The position numbers and the translations under genes are program-made. DNA of 64,000 bases from an uncultured Pelagibacteraceae bacterium (GTDB taxonomy: Bacteria > Pseudomonadota > Alphaproteobacteria > Pelagibacterales > Pelagibacteraceae), in assembly GCA_902530635.1 (NCBI GenBank), contig CACABC010000001.1:66582-130581 (forward strand). Direction: 5' to 3'. Shown here piece after piece: positions 60,140 through 64,000 of the stretch (within the stretch, counting starts at the first letter, position 1; each line of letters begins with the position of its first letter). Under the pieces are notes generated by a model. It saw only the letters and a program-made list of their open reading frames with translations, did no database searches and was not told where the DNA came from.

Positions 60140-61075
60140 TTAATTCAATTCTTTAGGCAGTTTAAATACAACTTTCTCATTAGCTGTCACAATTTCTTCA
60201 ATCGATACATTCATATTTTTTTTAATTTCAGCTATAAAGTTTTGAACTAATTCTTCAGGTGCTGACGCACCAGATGACAACCCGATGGTCTTACAATTTT
60301 TTATCTTTTCTATAGGGGCTTTTTTGCCATAAAAAATTAACTCTGATTTTTCACAACCAGATTTTTTTGCTACCTCAACTAATCTTGCTGAATTAGAAGA
60401 ATTTCTGCTACCTAGTACGAAAAACATTTCACAATTTGGAGCAATTTTTTTAACAGCAGTTTGTCTGTTTGTAGTAGCATAACATATGTCTTCTTTTATT
60501 GGTCCTTTAATTTTTGGAAACTTTTGTTTTAAAGCATCAATAATTTCTTTTGTATCATCGACCGACAATGTTGTTTGAGTTACATAAGCAACTGGTTTTG
60601 AAAAATTTAAATTTTTTATGTCCTCAAGAGTTTCTATAAGTTTTATAGAGCCCTGGGGCAATTGCCCCATTGTACCAATTACTTCTGGATGGTTTTTATG
60701 ACCAATTAAAACTATATCAAAACCCCTTTTAAACAGTTGCTCTGTTTCACGGTGTACTTTTGAAACAAGCGGACAAGTAGCATCAACGTAAAAAATTTTT
60801 TTTAGTTTTGCTTCTTCAGGTATTTTTTTTGGAACCCCGTGTGCGGAAAAAATAACTGGTCTAGATAAATCTTTTATTTCAGATATCTCCTCAACAAAAA
60901 TAGCACCTAAGTTTTTCAAGGACTCGACTACATTTTTATTGTGAACTATCTCATGCCTTACGTAGACTGGAGAACCATACTTATTTAAAGTTTTTTTTAC
61001 GATCTCTATAGCTCTATCTACGCCAGCACAAAAACCCCTTGGGGCAGCTAAATAAATTTTAATTTCGTTTTTCAT
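60140..61075 (-). CDS. ispH: 4-hydroxy-3-methylbut-2-enyl diphosphate reductase
   Basis: 311 aa. PRGFCAGV, DATCPLV, HPEV, NSSNS motifs. Confidence 0.95.
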   Translation of the reverse strand: MKNEIKIYLAAPRGFCAGVDRAIEIVKKTLNKYGSPVYVRHEIVHNKNVVESLKNLGAIFVEEISEIKDLSRPVIFSAHGVPKKIPEEAKLKKIFYVDATCPLVSKVHRETEQLFKRGFDIVLIGHKNHPEVIGTMGQLPQGSIKLIETLEDIKNLNFSKPVAYVTQTTLSVDDTKEIIDALKQKFPKIKGPIKEDICYATTNRQTAVKKIAPNCEMFFVLGSRNSSNSARLVEVAKKSGCEKSELIFYGKKAPIEKIKNCKTIGLSSGASAPEELVQNFIAEIKKNMNVSIEEIVTANEKVVFKLPKELN

Positions 61076-62000
61076 TAATTTCCAACAAGTATTCCAGCAA
61101 TATATGCGGAAATGTTAACGACGCCAAACCAATAAATATCACCTTAATAATCACATCATTTAAACCATAGGATTTTGATAAATAAAAGGTTGCTATAAAA
61201 TACAAAAGTGCCGTCAGAACAGTTAAAGGTAATGCTTTCTTAATAAAAACTTTCACACCATTTGAGAAGTCATTCTTATCAAGTTCGTTAGATAAAGATA
61301 TAATATGTCTTATTGAATGAAGAAAACAAAAGTAAACAGTAAAAGCTATAATTGGAGAAAATATATAATTTAAAATTAAAATTGACAACATATCTAAAAA
61401 TAAAACCTCAAAGTCATCAAATTTATTTCTATAAGCAAAATATATATAGCCAATAAAGCTCAAAAATAAGCAAAGATTAATAATCCAATGTTCTATTTCT
61501 AGGAAAGTTAAAAATACTTTGTTTAACATTAATGTCTCAAAAATTTTTAATGTTTCATCAAAATGAAAAAAAAGTGGAGCAAAAATTATTAATGATCCCT
61601 TAATTAAATAGAAAATTTGATCTAAGAAAGAATTTCCTTTGTGTAAAAATGAAGTGTCTTCTAGCCCAAAGTGATAAGAGGCAACAAGCAAAAAGGCTAG
61701 CAAAGTGAAAGTGCCATATAAACTCCAAACAAAAATTACTAATACAGAGATAAATATATAAATTATAAAAAAAATTGCTTTATTTTTTATCCTATAAATT
61801 TTGAGCAATTTATTAGCCTTATAATTATCTAAAGCACCGTGGGAAATACCTATTGATAAAATAAGAAACAAACAAATAAATAAAGCAATAGTTTCGTTAG
61901 TAAAAAAAAAAATATTTTTGGTCAAAAGAGTAGTTGCAGATAATACAACTGTGAAAAGTGTAAAATAAAATATATGTTTACCGTAAATTTTCTTGATCAT
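61059..62000 (-). CDS. blh: Brp/Blh family beta-carotene 15,15'-dioxygenase (retinal synthesis)
   Basis: 313 aa polytopic. Conserved His motifs SHGALD, YHFGLED, LHSIRH, FPHILL. Lies downstream of crtY. Confidence 0.8.
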   Translation of the reverse strand: MIKKIYGKHIFYFTLFTVVLSATTLLTKNIFFFTNETIALFICLFLILSIGISHGALDNYKANKLLKIYRIKNKAIFFIIYIFISVLVIFVWSLYGTFTLLAFLLVASYHFGLEDTSFLHKGNSFLDQIFYLIKGSLIIFAPLFFHFDETLKIFETLMLNKVFLTFLEIEHWIINLCLFLSFIGYIYFAYRNKFDDFEVLFLDMLSILILNYIFSPIIAFTVYFCFLHSIRHIISLSNELDKNDFSNGVKVFIKKALPLTVLTALLYFIATFYLSKSYGLNDVIIKVIFIGLASLTFPHILLEYLLEINEKRN

Positions 62001-62001
62001 T

Positions 62002-63075
62002 TTAATTTAAAAGAGATTTTATAAATATCCATTTCGGCATTTTTAAAATTATAGACAAATCATCAATTAAGTTACTTTTATTCGATAAAAATTTTATAGC
62101 TTTTAACTCATTTCTATGAAAAATTTTATAAAAAATATCTGGCATTTTTTCTGGGTTTTCCATTAAAACATTTAAAAAAATCTTATCTAGTATTTTATAT
62201 TTCTTTCCTAATTCAAACCTTTTTAAATTTTCAATTTTATCAATATTCATTCTTATGTATTTACTATGATCTTGAATATTTAAAAATGTGTATCCAGTGC
62301 TTAATCTTGTCATGCAGCCTGCCGTTCCTATATTAATTTTATTATTTTTATTTGAATTACTTGGATAAAATAATGGTATTGCACCTTCTTCTTTATAATT
62401 TATTTCATATTCAGGATTAAAAAAATTGCTCTTAATATAGCTTTTAATTTGTAAATCATAATCTTTAAGTGAATTGTCATTATTTTTTGAAATCCACGTT
62501 GTTTCTATTAAGGCTTTATTTTTAGAAAAAGGTAAAACATAAAAAAAGTGTACATTATTTTTTTGTTCACAGTTGAAATCCATTAACGCAATAGTTTTAT
62601 CATTAAAACAATCTTTCTTTGTTGTAATCTCATAACCACAAAAATGTTGCCATAAATGTGAGTCTTGATTTTCAAATTCTGGGACACTATTAAAAACAAA
62701 AGAGTTTTTAATATTTAAACCATCAATTTTATTGAAAAAATAAATATTTTTATTTTTTTTTAAATTGTCTGTAATTTTTTTATAAAAAAGACCACTATCT
62801 ATTGTTTGATATGGATATTTTTGGCATTGATTTACCTGGGTAGGAACAGAACCTTCTAATCTTAAATTAAAATTACTCCAACTTTTTTTAACACAATCTT
62901 CAAAATTATGAGAACTGACTTTCCAAAATGACCAGGTTTTATCTCTTACATATTCACTTCTAGGTTCAATGATAGCTAATTTTTTTTGGTTTAATTTGTT
63001 ATGTAAATTTAATTCATAAGCCAAAGAAAGACCCGCACATCCTCCACCAATTATTATGTAATCAAATTCTTTCAT
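62002..63075 (-). CDS. crtY: lycopene beta-cyclase (CrtY type)
   Basis: 357 aa. N-terminal FAD fold DYIIIGGGCAGLSLA. Position between crtB and blh. Confidence 0.75.
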   Translation of the reverse strand: MKEFDYIIIGGGCAGLSLAYELNLHNKLNQKKLAIIEPRSEYVRDKTWSFWKVSSHNFEDCVKKSWSNFNLRLEGSVPTQVNQCQKYPYQTIDSGLFYKKITDNLKKNKNIYFFNKIDGLNIKNSFVFNSVPEFENQDSHLWQHFCGYEITTKKDCFNDKTIALMDFNCEQKNNVHFFYVLPFSKNKALIETTWISKNNDNSLKDYDLQIKSYIKSNFFNPEYEINYKEEGAIPLFYPSNSNKNNKINIGTAGCMTRLSTGYTFLNIQDHSKYIRMNIDKIENLKRFELGKKYKILDKIFLNVLMENPEKMPDIFYKIFHRNELKAIKFLSNKSNLIDDLSIILKMPKWIFIKSLLN

Positions 63076-63925
63076 TTAGGCTTATATCCTCACTTATTAA
63101 ATTATATTCAATTTTCTTTTCATATTCTTTTGGTCTTATAAAAAAAAGTTTTATCAGGTCAAAAAATGAAAGAATTGTTTGAATTAACTTGCCAAAGTCT
63201 GAAACATAAATTTTTCCAGCTTTTTGATAATTAGAAATATCCTTTTTTTCTAATATTTTTACACCTATGTGCCGATAAACTCTTCTAGCTACTATTATTG
63301 AAAAGCGGCATGTAAGCGGAATATCTTTTATACCTTCAAAAGAACTATCATAAAAAGTATCTGCCTTTAAAATTGTATTTTTTATATTTAAGAAAGTATC
63401 ATTAGATTCCTTTATTAAATAGGTTCTATTTTTCTTTTCATCCTCAACTACATCTCTCGCAATATTTGTTAGTTGCATTGCAATTCCTAAATCAATTGCT
63501 CTTTGTAAGGACTCCTTTTTTTTTACCCCAAATATTTTGGCCATCATTAAACCAACTGTTCCTGCAACTCGATAAGAGTAAATCAATAATTCCTTTTCTG
63601 TTTTTATTATTACTTGTTTTTTAAGGTCAGAATTTACTCCATCAAATAAATCATCAACTATTTTTTTTGAAATATTTCTTTCATTCATTAAGTCCCACAT
63701 ATTTTTTATTATACTGTCACTCTTATTCTTTTCCTCAAATTTTTTTTTAAATTCTTCAAGTTCTTTTTTTTTTATTTCCAAATCTACATTTTGGTCAGCA
63801 ATATTATCTATTGTCCTACAAAAATCATATAATACAGAACATTTAAAATAAATTTTTTTTGGTAAAAAAAAACCAGACCAATTAAATGATTTTGCATAAA
63901 TAGATAAATAATTTTTTGTAGTCAT
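63062..63925 (-). CDS. crtB: phytoene synthase
   Basis: 287 aa. YDFCRTIDNIAD and YSYRVAGTVG plus a second Asp-rich region (NIARDVVED). Confidence 0.85.
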   Translation of the reverse strand: MTTKNYLSIYAKSFNWSGFFLPKKIYFKCSVLYDFCRTIDNIADQNVDLEIKKKELEEFKKKFEEKNKSDSIIKNMWDLMNERNISKKIVDDLFDGVNSDLKKQVIIKTEKELLIYSYRVAGTVGLMMAKIFGVKKKESLQRAIDLGIAMQLTNIARDVVEDEKKNRTYLIKESNDTFLNIKNTILKADTFYDSSFEGIKDIPLTCRFSIIVARRVYRHIGVKILEKKDISNYQKAGKIYVSDFGKLIQTILSFFDLIKLFFIRPKEYEKKIEYNLISEDISLNERI

Positions 63926-64000
63926 TATAAAATTTTGTCTAAAACTTTGGCTGAAGAAATTACACCTGGCATTCCTGCACCAGGATGTGTCCCAGCACCA
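63925..64000 (-). CDS. crtI: phytoene desaturase, C-terminal fragment (continues beyond the window)
   Basis: The minus strand translates to ...GAGTHPGAGMPGVISSAKVLDKIL*, the conserved CrtI C-terminal motif. Its stop overlaps the crtB start (TAATG). Confidence 0.75.
   Translation of the reverse strand, partial: GAGTHPGAGMPGVISSAKVLDKIL

Overview
The window is a very gene-dense, strongly AT-rich chromosomal segment. Most genes abut or overlap by 1-23 nt. Gene content and synteny look like a streamlined marine alphaproteobacterium of the SAR11/Pelagibacterales type, which is my inference, not a database result. The supporting gene sets are gcrA; ihfB-rpsA-cmk-aroA; lptB-kdsD; ugpBAEC-ugpQ; glcB; the short-form hisZ/hisG pair; and a crtI-crtB-crtY-blh retinal operon.

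I support about 75 protein-coding genes, one tRNA-His(GUG) and one small SRP RNA (ffs). I also support three clear GC-rich hairpin terminators and a few tentative regulatory sites. I see no transposases, integrases, prophage genes, CRISPR arrays or defence islands, so this is core genome rather than an accessory island.

The items most worth a second look are small-scale and regulatory:
1. A 24-codon ORF with four His codons in a nine-codon stretch (SHSHSHRVH), overlapping hairpins. It lies just upstream of a tRNA-His gene whose CCA end is only 4 nt from the hisS start codon, in a tRNA-His/hisS/hisZ/hisG block.
2. The SRP RNA, which ends about 6 nt before the dnaX start codon.
3. An 11-A run in dnaX at the domain III/IV linker, with stop codons immediately downstream in both alternative frames. 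This could be a gamma-subunit recoding site.
4. A bidirectional intrinsic terminator for groESL embedded in the last codons of hisG.
5. AccA with an extra C-terminal transmembrane tail.
6. Cmk with the Walker-A lysine replaced by alanine.
7. A coxMNOP-like oxidase operon flanked by unannotated tiny membrane ORFs.

All functional calls come from motif and synteny recognition by eye. No searches or folding programs were run.
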